From a virus: DNA of 64,000 nt. How positions within the stretch are numbered: position 1 is the first letter of the stretch; each line of letters begins with the position of its first letter. The DNA lies in IMG/VR virus record IMGVR_UViG_3300012920_009134, positions 35,732 through 99,731 of that record. One strand, 5' to 3'. The position numbers and the translations under genes were made by a program. Shown one piece after another: positions 9,245 to 20,700 of this stretch. The notes under the pieces were generated by a model. It was not told the origin of the DNA and searched no databases. It worked only from the letters and a program-made list of their open reading frames with translations.

Positions 9245-9787
9245 GTGAGCGGTATTTTTATACAAATGACAGGAATGAGCGGTGCTGGTAAGTCTACTAT
9301 GACTTTTCTTGCACAAACCAGACTCAGAGAAATGGGTCACAATGTAGAGGTGATTGATGGTGATGAGTATAGGGAAGGATTATGTAAGGATTTGGGATTT
9401 TCAAAAGAAGACAGGAATACGAATATTAGGAGATTGTCTTTCGTTGGGAAGGTGTTGTCTAGAAATGATGTGGTGTGTATAATGTCCGCTATAAATCCAT
9501 ACGACAGCGTCAGGAGAGAAGTTCAAGCAAACAATCCCTTGTCCAAAATAGTGTATGTTAAGTGTGAAATAGACACACTGATAGATAGAGATCCAAAAGG
9601 ACTATATCGAAGAGCACTTTTGCCAAAGGGTGATCCTGACCACATTCCAAATTTTACAGGTATTTCGGATCCTTTCGAGGTTCCAAAGAATGCAGACTTG
9701 GTTATTGATACAGAAAAGCAAACTGTAGATAAATCAGTTGATGTGTTGGTGGATTTTATATTAAAAAACTTAGGAGAAAAAAAATGA
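9245..9787 (+). CDS. cysC: Adenylylsulfate (APS) kinase
   Basis: TGMSGAGKST, IDGD, LGFSKEDRNTNIRR, RDPKGLY, NFTGISDPFEVP. Confidence 0.95.
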   Translation: MSGIFIQMTGMSGAGKSTMTFLAQTRLREMGHNVEVIDGDEYREGLCKDLGFSKEDRNTNIRRLSFVGKVLSRNDVVCIMSAINPYDSVRREVQANNPLSKIVYVKCEIDTLIDRDPKGLYRRALLPKGDPDHIPNFTGISDPFEVPKNADLVIDTEKQTVDKSVDVLVDFILKNLGEKK

Positions 9788-9984
9788 AATTATCAAATCA
9801 AGCATTGGGTGCTATTATGTTGGCGTTGCAAAACTCTTTAATGAAACAGACAGATATTGTTCCAGTGTTGAGAGATTTTGATTTAATGTTGGGGGAAAAT
9901 GAGGAGATTATTGTTCTTAATCCGCCAACCTTAGATGCTAGTGATATGCCCGTTGAAAATAAAAACACAGTTGGGAGCGACTAG
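9784..9984 (+). CDS. Small hypothetical protein
   Basis: AGGAG ribosome-binding site; overlaps both neighbours. Confidence 0.7.
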   Translation: MKLSNQALGAIMLALQNSLMKQTDIVPVLRDFDLMLGENEEIIVLNPPTLDASDMPVENKNTVGSD

Positions 9985-10238
9985 TGCCAATTTATCAATA
10001 TCTTTGTTTAGATTGCAAAAAATCTTTTAACGCATTTCACTCTATGAACAAAGAATATGAGGGTACTTGCGGGTTTTGTGAATCTGGCAATGTTGAAAAG
10101 GTCATATCAGACATTTCAGGTATTGTAAGTGAAGATAGGTTTGAGACAAAAGCGGGTGATCTAGTAAAATCTCACATTGAAGAGGCAAAACAGGACATTA
10201 GAAAACAAAAGAAAGAAATGAAAAGAGGGTTCGAATGA
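9984..10238 (+). CDS. FmdB-like zinc-ribbon protein
   Basis: MPIYQYLCLDC...CGFC.S..VEKVIS. Confidence 0.8.
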   Translation: MPIYQYLCLDCKKSFNAFHSMNKEYEGTCGFCESGNVEKVISDISGIVSEDRFETKAGDLVKSHIEEAKQDIRKQKKEMKRGFE

Positions 10239-10540
10239 TATTGGAAATACTTTTAGTTGTATTTGCTATTTTAATTTTATTTTTAGGATTTTATTCTGTC
10301 AGACTTGCTAGAAGGTTGTTTGTTGTTGGCACCAATCTTGAAGCAGTATACAATATTATATACGCTTTTCGTGCACATGTTGAACAGATCCACGAATCAG
10401 AAATGTTTTATGGGGACATGACGCTTAAATCGTTGATAGATCATTCTAAAGAAGTGTTAGATGAACTCGATAAATATGAAGATTTAATGCAAATCGTAGA
10501 ATCAGAACAGGTTGGAGAGGATGCCGAAGAAGAAGAATAA
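10235..10540 (+). CDS. Membrane-anchored hypothetical protein
   Basis: N-terminal hydrophobic helix, acidic C-terminus. Confidence 0.65.
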   Translation: MILEILLVVFAILILFLGFYSVRLARRLFVVGTNLEAVYNIIYAFRAHVEQIHESEMFYGDMTLKSLIDHSKEVLDELDKYEDLMQIVESEQVGEDAEEEE

Positions 10541-11216
10541 AAATTATTATTTCACTAGTGTGCACGAAGAAGCAATAGTGGAATACTGCTCTACTGAATC
10601 TAGAGATGAAAGAGAGAAGTTATATATAAATTACATACAACCCGCCTTTAGTGAGATGGTTGATAAGATTATCTACACTTACAAGTTCACTAACATACCC
10701 AATATCGATGTTCTCAAGGATGATTGCAAGGTTTGGTTGACAACTATCCTTAGCAAATACGACCCCAATAGAGGATCGAAAGCATTTTCATATTTTTCGG
10801 TTATTACAAAACACTGGTTTATACATCAACTTAAAAAGAACTCTACCAAAATTAAAAGAGAAGTTGCATATGAAGAGATTGTAAAAGAAAACCAGCACGA
10901 AAGATTGATATACAATGATGATACGTATTTGAGAGAAAGACAGAAAGCAGAGTTTTGGTATCACTTAAAAGGTGAGGTTGATAGGTGGGCAGATTCTAAT
11001 CTCTTTACAAAAGACAACGAAAAGAAAGTCATCCAAGCAGTAAAGATTTTGCTTGAGAGTGTGCAAGATATAGAAATCTTAAACAAAAAGGCGGTATATT
11101 TGTACCTCCGCGAAATGACTGGATTGAAAACTAAACAGATTGTAAATACACTAAACAAGATGAGGACTAGATATAAGTTCTTTATTTTAAAATATGATCG
11201 CGGAGATAAATTTTAG
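10521..11216 (+). CDS. Phage sigma factor, T4 gp55 (late sigma)-like
   Basis: YYFT..., KYDPNRGSKAFSYFSVITKHWFIHQLKK resembles the gp55 region-2 pattern (FDP...FAYFTQI...F...IKK); HTH-like C-terminus. Start inferred at ATG 10521. Confidence 0.7.
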   Translation: MPKKKNKNYYFTSVHEEAIVEYCSTESRDEREKLYINYIQPAFSEMVDKIIYTYKFTNIPNIDVLKDDCKVWLTTILSKYDPNRGSKAFSYFSVITKHWFIHQLKKNSTKIKREVAYEEIVKENQHERLIYNDDTYLRERQKAEFWYHLKGEVDRWADSNLFTKDNEKKVIQAVKILLESVQDIEILNKKAVYLYLREMTGLKTKQIVNTLNKMRTRYKFFILKYDRGDKF

Positions 11217-11222
11217 AAATTG

Positions 11223-11229
11223 ATATTTA
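11223..11229 (+). promoter_or_regulatory. Candidate late-promoter motif ATATTTA
   Basis: In the 17-bp spacer after the sigma gene, at the head of the structural block. Confidence 0.4.
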
Positions 11230-11233
11230 GATT

Positions 11234-11536
11234 ATGGAAAAAGATTTAGACAAATACCTAGAAGATGCAACAAGAAATGTGACAGAAGATCGCGCCGCGA
11301 CAAAAGTCTTGTTAACCAACATAATGAAATACATGCAGTCGACTGATGATAGACACAGGGAAGTCGGATTGATAGCGGCAAAATATTTAGAAACACTTCA
11401 GAGATCTAACGAACAGTTGGTTAAGATTGCATCATTAGTTCAGAAAGCAACTAAATCTAGTCTTGATAACTCTATCAGTGATGATGAGAAGGATGAGTTA
11501 TTTGATTTAATCAATAACAACACTGAGGAAGACTGA
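11234..11536 (+). CDS. Helical hypothetical protein (weak resemblance to T4-type terminase small subunit)
   Basis: All-helical, 100 aa, YLETLQRSNEQLVKIA; preceded by TATTTA. Confidence 0.35.
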   Translation: MEKDLDKYLEDATRNVTEDRAATKVLLTNIMKYMQSTDDRHREVGLIAAKYLETLQRSNEQLVKIASLVQKATKSSLDNSISDDEKDELFDLINNNTEED

Positions 11537-13266
11537 TGGCGAAACTATCACTTGAAGAAACAGTAAGAAGGTTTATTGATTCTGATGTAACGGGTACTGA
11601 ACTGGATGATTCTGTAAAACCGACCCCAATGACCGGCAAGAGTATTTCTAATTTAGAAGATCGAACATCTTCCGCTACGAGTCCATCTAAGAAGGATGGC
11701 GGTCTTGGCAAAAGAACAGCGATTATTATTCGCTCCATAACGTTGAAGGGTATTCACGAGATTCAAGATCCAAATATAATAGATGTAGGAAAACAAGTTT
11801 CAACTAATACCAATTTTATGGAATGTGTTTTGCATTTCGGGATTCCTGCTGGTTCTACATCTATTACTGTCGATGAACTTGAAAACATCACTAAATTATA
11901 TAGATTTTACCAACTAGGGTCTCACCTTGCAACGGTCACTCCACAGGCGTCTGCAGGAGAGGGATTTGTTGCAGAAGTTGAAATGAGGGGCGTCAACTAT
12001 GGTGTTATAACGGGCATTTTGAATGAAAGTCTTCAGTATGAAGAATCTAAGAGGACCCCCGCAAAGAAACTACACTCTGGTGGTCCCTCATCTAAGCGAA
12101 AGACCGGTCAAAAAACTGGATCTGTCGAGGCACATAAAACTGGTAAAAAGGAAGTAATAGGTGGAGAAAAACCACTTCCAGGAAATACTCAGGATTTCAA
12201 CGATCCCAAATCTTGGGAAGGTCCAGGTCCACCACATACAGAGAAAAGAAAGAAAGCACTTATTGAATTAAGAAAACTCGACAGATCGAACATATTTCCA
12301 ATCGTCAACAATAAGTATGGCATAGTTTATCCCAGTGCAGGAAGCAAGTATAAAACAAAAATGTATAAAGATAAGAGCGATATTCCTTTTCTTGAAGCAC
12401 GTAGAGATAATATAGAATCACATTTTCAGTTAGTTTCAATACCGTTGAAAAATTATAAAGATGAGCAGTTTTATAAATTTAAAGCGAAAATAGGTGCTTA
12501 CGTTGGAGATCTAGTAGAACTGAGAGGGTCAGGCACTTCAACCTGGGGTGCACCTCAAGCAGTGATTGGAACAGAGCGTACTATGAAATCCCTGCGCAAT
12601 ATAGAAAAGATATGGACTGATTTGAGAATCGAAGCACTTAAAGCAGGAAAACCCGATCCAGGGTCTGCTCTTGAGGTTATATCAAACGGTTATAGAAGTC
12701 GTCAAGTTAACTTTTGGAGGTCGATGTCATCAGCCGAACGCAAAACGTTCGAGGATGGGTTGTATTGGATAAGACATGGCAATAAATATACACCTAAGCA
12801 ACTTAATAACTGGGATCATTCCCACACACTCGGACAAGCAGTAGATATACATGCAAATTATGGATTTTTTCAAAGTCAACCAAGAGCATTACGAAAACTT
12901 CACAACATTAACTGGAAAAGAATGATGGTCATACTCTCAAGACTAGTGTGGGCAGGTGATTTTTCTCAAGATGATAAAAAAACAGCCATGGTTGGTTTTG
13001 GGTACGGACTCTATCATTTCCATGTAGGTTTAAGAAGACCAGGATTAATAAATGGAAGACCAGGAACTCACTGGGCATATAGTTCGCCAATAATCCCACC
13101 GGAGTGGAAACAAACAAAACCAGACGCCAAAAAACCAGTTGTTTATCCTTATTTTTCATATGTTGTAAAATATGGAGTGTCTAAGTTTACTGAAGAGATG
13201 AATAAGACTTACCCCAATTGGACGAAAGTTTTAAAAAAACACGGAGTCTATCCGAAGGAATTTTAA
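11536..13266 (+). CDS. Baseplate-associated protein with C-terminal M15-family Zn peptidase (peptidoglycan hydrolase)
   Basis: ISNGYRS...N, HSHTLGQAVDI (H-x6-D), YHFHVG; directly upstream of the spike gene. Confidence 0.7.
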   Translation: MAKLSLEETVRRFIDSDVTGTELDDSVKPTPMTGKSISNLEDRTSSATSPSKKDGGLGKRTAIIIRSITLKGIHEIQDPNIIDVGKQVSTNTNFMECVLHFGIPAGSTSITVDELENITKLYRFYQLGSHLATVTPQASAGEGFVAEVEMRGVNYGVITGILNESLQYEESKRTPAKKLHSGGPSSKRKTGQKTGSVEAHKTGKKEVIGGEKPLPGNTQDFNDPKSWEGPGPPHTEKRKKALIELRKLDRSNIFPIVNNKYGIVYPSAGSKYKTKMYKDKSDIPFLEARRDNIESHFQLVSIPLKNYKDEQFYKFKAKIGAYVGDLVELRGSGTSTWGAPQAVIGTERTMKSLRNIEKIWTDLRIEALKAGKPDPGSALEVISNGYRSRQVNFWRSMSSAERKTFEDGLYWIRHGNKYTPKQLNNWDHSHTLGQAVDIHANYGFFQSQPRALRKLHNINWKRMMVILSRLVWAGDFSQDDKKTAMVGFGYGLYHFHVGLRRPGLINGRPGTHWAYSSPIIPPEWKQTKPDAKKPVVYPYFSYVVKYGVSKFTEEMNKTYPNWTKVLKKHGVYPKEF

Positions 13267-13269
13267 TAA

Positions 13270-14694
13270 ATGATAGCACACGTAAACGTTAAAGGAGATC
13301 AGTATGAAGTAAAGTTGACTGAGGATACCACCGGCGAGGTGATTGAAAAACTTAACCTACAGGGGCAAACATACGAAGACTGGAAGCAGTCTGCTGAGTC
13401 TTCAGGCACGACTGTTATAGAATACAATAACGCACCACTTGTGAAAGAATCCATTCCGGACGAAGGCGGAGTACAGTCTACACAGTCTTCACCACTTCCA
13501 AGTATCCCAGAAAACAAAGAGGACCCTACGCAAGTAGAGGAATATAAGAATTCCTTAAGTGAAGCAAGAAGACTCTATGCTGGTATTTCTGTTGTTCCAC
13601 CAACACCAGGGGAGCAAGACCTTGATGTTGGTCCCAATATAATAATGGAAGACAACAAGGACGGCGAAGGCGGAATAGATGAGACTGATGAAGAAAAATC
13701 TAGTAGAACCGACACTGCAAAGAGGGAGCAAGAAACAACAGAAACGGGGAAGTCTTCACAAGACAAGACCAGTTTATCTGACGAAGAGAAAGAACTCTCT
13801 CAAAACGCAGAAAACTCGGGACTACTGAATAGTGCTCTAGTTGAACCAGTACCAGAGTTTAAGCGCTGCGAAGGGGACTATGTGTATAATGGAAAGAATA
13901 ACCAGTGGATAGTTCTCGGTAGGGACCGCCCTGGTGGGTATAAGACCGGTTATGGTCCTGGAGAGGGCGATACTCAAGCAGGCGCTATTGACATAGTTGT
14001 TGGCAGAATGTCCCCACACCCCAGAATTAAAAACAGGGGCGGATCAAAGGTTAGGGTTAGTCCAATCTTTAACTATGCTTTACATGAAGGTAATCAGGTT
14101 TGCGATGCATCAAGAATATACATTTCACAAAAAACAGATATCGATCAGAACTTCAAACTTGCTAACGGACGTATTGGTAGCAGCATAGCACGAGCAGGAA
14201 TAGCATTAAAATCAGACGCAGTTAGAATCATCGCCAGAGACTCGGGCATCAAATTGGTAACTCAATCTCGCCAGTTAATGAACTCGCAGGGTGGCAAAAG
14301 TTCCAGAGCACCATCAGGCATTGATATTATTGCTGGTAATGATGACGCCAATCTGCAACCAATGGTTTTGGGAAATAATCTTGTTGAAGTGCTTAGAGAA
14401 TACGGAGAGACAATAAATCAGGTAGTTGGTACGGTTACGTCAATAATAGAGAATATAGCAAAACTTGACGTAGCGCTTGCAACTCACTTTCATCCACAAG
14501 CATTTCCCGCAGGTGTGCCAAACATACCATCGCCAAGTCTTGCTCCAGTTGCAGTTGAATCTATTACAAAGTTGATATCTCTCGATACTTTCTCAGCGTA
14601 TGCTGAAAAGTTTAAGTTAGAAAAGATAGAAAAACAGTATTTATCTGCAGGTGCTTTGCAGTCAATAAGAAGTTCGTTTAATAACGTGAATTAG
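13270..14694 (+). CDS. Baseplate central spike (gp5/gpV-like) with acidic N-terminal extension
   Basis: Beta-rich repeats (IVLGRD, IDIVVG, IALKSDAVRIIAR), QPMVLG, HFH (HxH metal-binding tip motif) at 14485-14493. Confidence 0.65.
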   Translation: MIAHVNVKGDQYEVKLTEDTTGEVIEKLNLQGQTYEDWKQSAESSGTTVIEYNNAPLVKESIPDEGGVQSTQSSPLPSIPENKEDPTQVEEYKNSLSEARRLYAGISVVPPTPGEQDLDVGPNIIMEDNKDGEGGIDETDEEKSSRTDTAKREQETTETGKSSQDKTSLSDEEKELSQNAENSGLLNSALVEPVPEFKRCEGDYVYNGKNNQWIVLGRDRPGGYKTGYGPGEGDTQAGAIDIVVGRMSPHPRIKNRGGSKVRVSPIFNYALHEGNQVCDASRIYISQKTDIDQNFKLANGRIGSSIARAGIALKSDAVRIIARDSGIKLVTQSRQLMNSQGGKSSRAPSGIDIIAGNDDANLQPMVLGNNLVEVLREYGETINQVVGTVTSIIENIAKLDVALATHFHPQAFPAGVPNIPSPSLAPVAVESITKLISLDTFSAYAEKFKLEKIEKQYLSAGALQSIRSSFNNVN

Positions 14695-14701
14695 GTTTAG
14701 T

Positions 14702-17700
14702 ATGGCAAATAAAGAATATATATACACTTACACAAATACTTTTTATGAAGTCAACGGGGAACCGATAAAAGATCAGTATTCTTTTAATATTCCAAAGAGA
14801 CAGGGAGATGAAGGTGCAGAAGTAGAAATACTCAAGATGTATTTAGGTATTGATTCTCAACCAGGTCAAAGCAGTGCTCTGTTCGACGCTGAACTTATTA
14901 ATCGAATTCGTATTTGGCAAAATGACCACTTAGAGGATATCGCTGCTGAGTCTGGTGCAAACGTAAGAGTTGACCCAAGTTTTGGTCTTTTTGATATAGA
15001 CTTGGGTGTTGCATTTGTCCTTGAGGAGCAAGGATATTTAGGCGAGTTTACTTACAAGGCAATGATTAGAAAGGGTTTTGCTGTCGCTGCAAAAGAATAT
15101 CTTGAATCTGAATATTGGGCGCGTACGTACCTAGAAGAAACTGTTGGTGGTCTAATGTCGTCTGACTATGGATTTCCAACACAAAATGACGCGGTTCAAC
15201 AAGAACCCAGATATGCCAATAAGAGTTGGATCGAGTATAGATACGTTACAAACTATGCTGCGAATAATGTCGAAGGCGAAATATCAGAAAGATTAGATAT
15301 ATTGTCAGAAGCAGCAAGAGACGCAGTTAACCAAGTGTTTGACTTTTATGGTAAACCTAAAACTTGGGTAGTTACGGGCGTCACACAAAAAGAAATGGAA
15401 GGAGAGTTTAATTACATAGCAAACTATCAATCTCTTTTGAAAGATCAGGGTCGTATTGTTGATAAATTCCGCGAAGGTCAGAGATTCACATTTACGGTAG
15501 AAGATCCTGGAAGTGTGTATGAGCAATTAAACGGCACTAAGGTTGACATGCTTTTTGGTATGGACCTTTCAGTTAACTCTGGAGGAGTATCAGACGGATT
15601 TTGTATTATTAAAGAGATATCTCCACCTTCCTTGAGACCAACTTCAACCTATAATATAACTTTTTGGATTAGTAGAACTTTCTTCGAACAAATAGAGGGA
15701 GGATCATTAACATCAGGTGGAACTTTTGATGTCACTGACCCAGACGTCTACCGAGAAGCGGCGCAGATATACAGCGAAAAAAAACGACAAGCAAAAGAAT
15801 TATATAAAAAGGCAGGCAGGGTTGTAGGTGATCTGAACGATCCTGGAAAAATGGCAAAGCAGGTTGACAAGTTTGCAAAAGGGCAATCCCGAAAAGCAAC
15901 CGCTGCAGCACGAAATCTCGGAAATAATCTTTGGGATCAAGCAAGATCAGGTACCGGTGGACCTAGTGATTTTGAACGTCAAGAAGCAACAAAAGAAGCA
16001 CTAGAAGAGGCAGCATTTTTTGGTAGAGACATACCATCCTCGGTTAGGATTGAATTAAGAGACTTCAAGCAAATGATCGACGATGTTTCTGCAAAGTTAG
16101 AGGAATATCATGCCAACATACAGAAGTTTAAGGATGAAAACGACACTAGTAAATCACAGAGTAGGTTTGAGAAATCAAATAGACCCATAGTTCCAGATCT
16201 TGCGCCGAGGGAAGAGGCGCGAAAATTAAGAGAAGTATACGTCGCTCTTGAAGACTTTATGAGGGTCAATGGTTATAGGTTAGCAGCATCTGCACCAGAC
16301 AAGCAAGATAACTTAGTTATAAGTTTCGAACCAGTTCGAGGAGTTGTATATAAACCAGGAATACAAGATCCATCTCTATCTCCAAACTTAGATGAGGTTA
16401 CTGTAAATCCAACTGAAACAGGTGTTGAGGAAATAATCGGTTTTCAAATTTCTGACATCCAGTATACAGTTGATGTCGCTGAAGATTCTAATAGACCACT
16501 GCCTTCTGGCCGAACCCGTTTTAACAGAGATAACGGTAAGCGACCATTTGTATATCCTTCTACAATGGGATATTTGGCACAACTAAATGACATTGCAGAA
16601 TGGATTCAGCAAAATCCATGTGATGATTTAGAGCAGGGTAATCCAGCAGTTGTATTTTTTGCTCGCTGGCATTGGCCTGAAATATCATTTAATTTCACAA
16701 CTAAGAAATCTGAGAGTATCATAAACTTAACAGAACCCTCAGTAACCTTGACAACAAGAAATGAAAGAAAGGGTGAAACTAAGGTAAGGACTGTCAAAAA
16801 TCTTGTTGATCTAAAAGAAGCAGCAATACTAACTGCTAGAGACGAGATTAAAGAACAGAAAGCGCTGTTAGACGAAAATATCAAAGCAATAAAAGAAAGC
16901 ACTTTGTTTGAGAAAAAGGGCAAGATAATAAACACTGCTGATGTATATCCGGACTTCGGTAAGATACCATGCGACATTGAAAAGATGTGGGAAGAATTCT
17001 TAAATCAGTGGGACATGAGACTTGTTATGTGTGATTTGCAAAAATGTATTCCACAACTACCAAGATTCAATCTCAAATTTGACTGGAAACTTCCAACACT
17101 GCCAAATATACCGACATTTGATCCTATGCACTTTGTACTACCTCAGTTGAGGATCGCAATAAATGATATTATAATGTCTTTTATATGTAAGTTGATTCAG
17201 AGCATTTTAGACACAGTAAGAAGACCTGATTGTACAGAGTTGCTTGCTTTTGGTGCCCTTGTGTTGGATGATGTTCTCGCTAAGGTGAATGCTTTTAGGA
17301 ATGAAAGAAGGGCAAGAAGAAAGAATCCAGAAGAAGAACAGGCAGTTATTGATTCGGTCGGACAAGCAAATGAAGCATTAAACGCTATGGGCGTCGTCGG
17401 TCCTGAGTTAAATTCGGATACGGGCGATCTATTGAATGCAATAAGTGCCGTGCTAACTCCAACAGAACTCTGTTCTCTCTTTGAGGGGCAAGCAAGTGAT
17501 AATGTTTTGGGTATCGTACTAAAAGTTGTGCAGACTTCGACTTCTACACTTAAGGAATATTTAACAACCATAGACGAAGTAGAAAAGTTTTTCTTCACTA
17601 TCGGCACTGTTATATCACCAGAGATTTGTGATGCAATCAAAGAGTTAAGTGATATTGTCATATCTCAAGAACTTTGCACTACAGATAGGGATCTAAGAGC

Positions 17701-20700
17701 ATTGCTTGAGGATGTTGGTGCAACCCCCGAACAAATAAGAGATGAGATGTCTGCCCTGGACCAAAAGAGGAAGATATTAAACGAACTTTCAAAGAAGGGG
17801 GACTTTTCAGGACTTTTGCCAGGGATGACACCCGCCCAGTTAGCAGAAGCAGGGTTGCCTGGACCCTACAATAATGCATTTGCCAACAAAATGGTAAAGT
17901 ATGGTGCAGCATCTATTTTTACAAACCTCAAAACCTATTATTCAATTGAGGCAGCGGCATTCCCGTCTAAATTTATTGATGAGATTTTTGAGATGGTAGA
18001 GCCTGGAACCGCAGGGTTCAATCCAATACATTACGCTAAGTATATATATTATAAAAAACTTTCAGACGAATTAGCGGACAAACTCGAAGAAAACGAAAAT
18101 TATCGTCCTAGAAGAATGGGGCGTCTCATTTCTGCAAAAGAGTCTTTTATCGTTCCATTTGTTGATTTTGAATCTGGTGTTACATCGTCCAGACCTGCAA
18201 GCGAAGTATACACACAGGAGTATGGAGTCGAGAGAATGTATCTTCCGTTCATGAGGGTTATGCCAGTTGCCAGCAGTACTGACGAAGGAAAGGTTGAATT
18301 ATCTGAGTTTGCTGACTTGGTTGAAGAGAATGTCGTAGGTTATATGGAACGGTACGCAACAACCAAATTGGTTGTAACTCAAACCTTAAAGAACATTTTG
18401 GATTCTGATGTCTCTACTATGGTTAGAAAGTTTCCAAGTTTCGATGGTGCTTTAAGAGAGTTTCATGTTAGGTTAGCAACAGAAAGAACGGAAATAGAGC
18501 CATTTGACTTATCAGGATTGTCAAAAGCTTCGGTGGGTACTTCTGTGGGAATCACAGATTTGTCATTTTTCGACTCAGAAGTTAAGGATTGCTACAGATT
18601 TTCTTATGACATTCCGGGAACTAGAGAAATTATAACAAGAATATATAATGAAAAGATACCAGAGGAGTATGTGAACTTTAGGTCCTCTGGTGTAGACGTT
18701 TTATCTTCAAGGCATAGGGATAAACTTTTGCGTCCTGGTGGATTTGCAACGTTGTTGATTCAAAAGTACACTGAGTTAGCAGAAGGTAATCCGGGACCAA
18801 ATACTTTTACAGATTATTCAGACGGCAATGAAACAAATATGTTGCCTAAAATATTAGGATATATTGAAAACCCCGACATGGACGCTGCCCGCGCTGCGTT
18901 TAATGCTGTCTTGGATGAGGAGGAGGGTAATTCTCTTGGAGAGTTGCTCCTTGCTTTGATCGTCGGCGCTATAGCGGCCGCCGGAGAGATACTTGAAACC
19001 TCTAATGGACAACCTCTTTATTCTTCCGTTGTGGATTCTTTTAACTTTCAGTTATCAGATATCACAAAAAATTCTAGATTCTTCAACGTTGATGCGATGT
19101 TGGAACTGGAAGATTCTCTGTCTTCAGAGTATAACGTAGACATAGATAGGGAATGTTATGTTAAGAATAGTAGTATTTTGGACTTTCAAGCAATGGTTGA
19201 AAGATTTGCGGAGAAGTTCAATGAAAAGATATCTGAAGCAAAACACGATCCAAGCGAGAGAGATTTTAACAAGATGGGTCCTTATGAAGAGGCCGCAATA
19301 GAATCACTGTTCAAGAGTTACGTAGATTTTTATTGTTTAGAGATAATGTTTAAAAATATCTTTTTGTTGTCAGAAGTTGGAGCAAAAAGAATATTCAAAT
19401 CAGAGTTTGTTATTGACTATATTGTCGATTCTATTGCAACTGAGATGCAAGGAAGTTTATTCAGTAGAACAAATATAACCAAGTTTAACGAAATATTAAA
19501 ATCAATAACCAAGTTAGACGACCCGAAAGAATCTATCAAAACCCTTGTTGTTAAAAACCTGGATGTAGAAGAAATGGCGTCTTTTATAGATGATATATAT
19601 CAACCCAAATATTCATCATTCAAAGAGAGAGTGTATAATGAACTGGTAGATAACATGAAAGATGTACCAAGTACAGAAGATTATCCAAAAGTAACTGTCC
19701 TAACTGACATCAGCGCCCTTTCGGGTCCTCGCGATGCCTCTCGACAGGCAGCATTTTTAGAAAATTATGGAGGATTCCAGGATGTTCCAGTCTCGGCAAG
19801 ATTGCCAAACTTGTACGACAAATTTAAATTCAAGGGATATTCTGAAGAATTGATAGAAAAAAAGATAAACTCAGGACACTTTTGGGTAGAGAAATTCTAT
19901 AGAATAGACAACTTTGCATCTTTTAGGGCGAAATATAACAAAATTCAGGAGTATGTTGCATTAAATCCTGCGTACAACAGACTTCAACCCTTGTCATCGC
20001 TCCATAAGGAGTACATATCACCTGAAGATCTAGAAAAGATGTTGTTTGGTTATCAGTCTTTCGATAAACTTGAAGAATATAATCAAACTATAGAAAACAA
20101 TCTAGAAAGGATTGAGACTGAGTACAAGTATATAAAGACTATATTTTTAGCGTTGCTCTCCAATTTTTACACAGGTTCTTCATATAAGAAAGAATCTTTG
20201 GCGTCAAAGATTATGATTGATCTTGGCATGGCAGAAATGTCTGCAGAGACTGCAACAAGAAAAATCAGAACCTGGAGACAAATCGAATCAGGAGTTCTTC
20301 ATACGGTTGAAACTGTGCCGTATAATGATAATCAAATTGAAACAGATCTGGCATACAGAAATGGCAACGTAGATATCGAAGAACTATATAAGAGAATGAA
20401 ATCTAGATTCGAGATCGGTAAAGCAGTTGCAAACGGACAAATAAATGGAGACAATCTTATATCTAAGTCGTGGGACACTATTCCGGATGATAACAAGCAT
20501 GATACAGAATTTGGAACCCTTGCAAAACATTATGACTGGGTTAACTATTTTGATTTTCTTGTTCGTGGAGCAACAGATTTGTCAGTAGAAAGAAAATCTC
20601 AAATGATTGTAGATTGTTTGACTAGGTTTGTAGAACTCTCACACAACTGGGTACCCAGAAGGCAGTCATCTGGAAATGCGACAGACTTTTCACCAGTATG

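Noticed and set aside
1-9787. Bacterial capsule locus flanking a prophage
   Set aside because: No integrase, att site, or Wzx/Wzy/Kps export genes in view; continuous gene overlaps and the same AGCY avoidance as the phage genes. Not fully excluded without upstream sequence.
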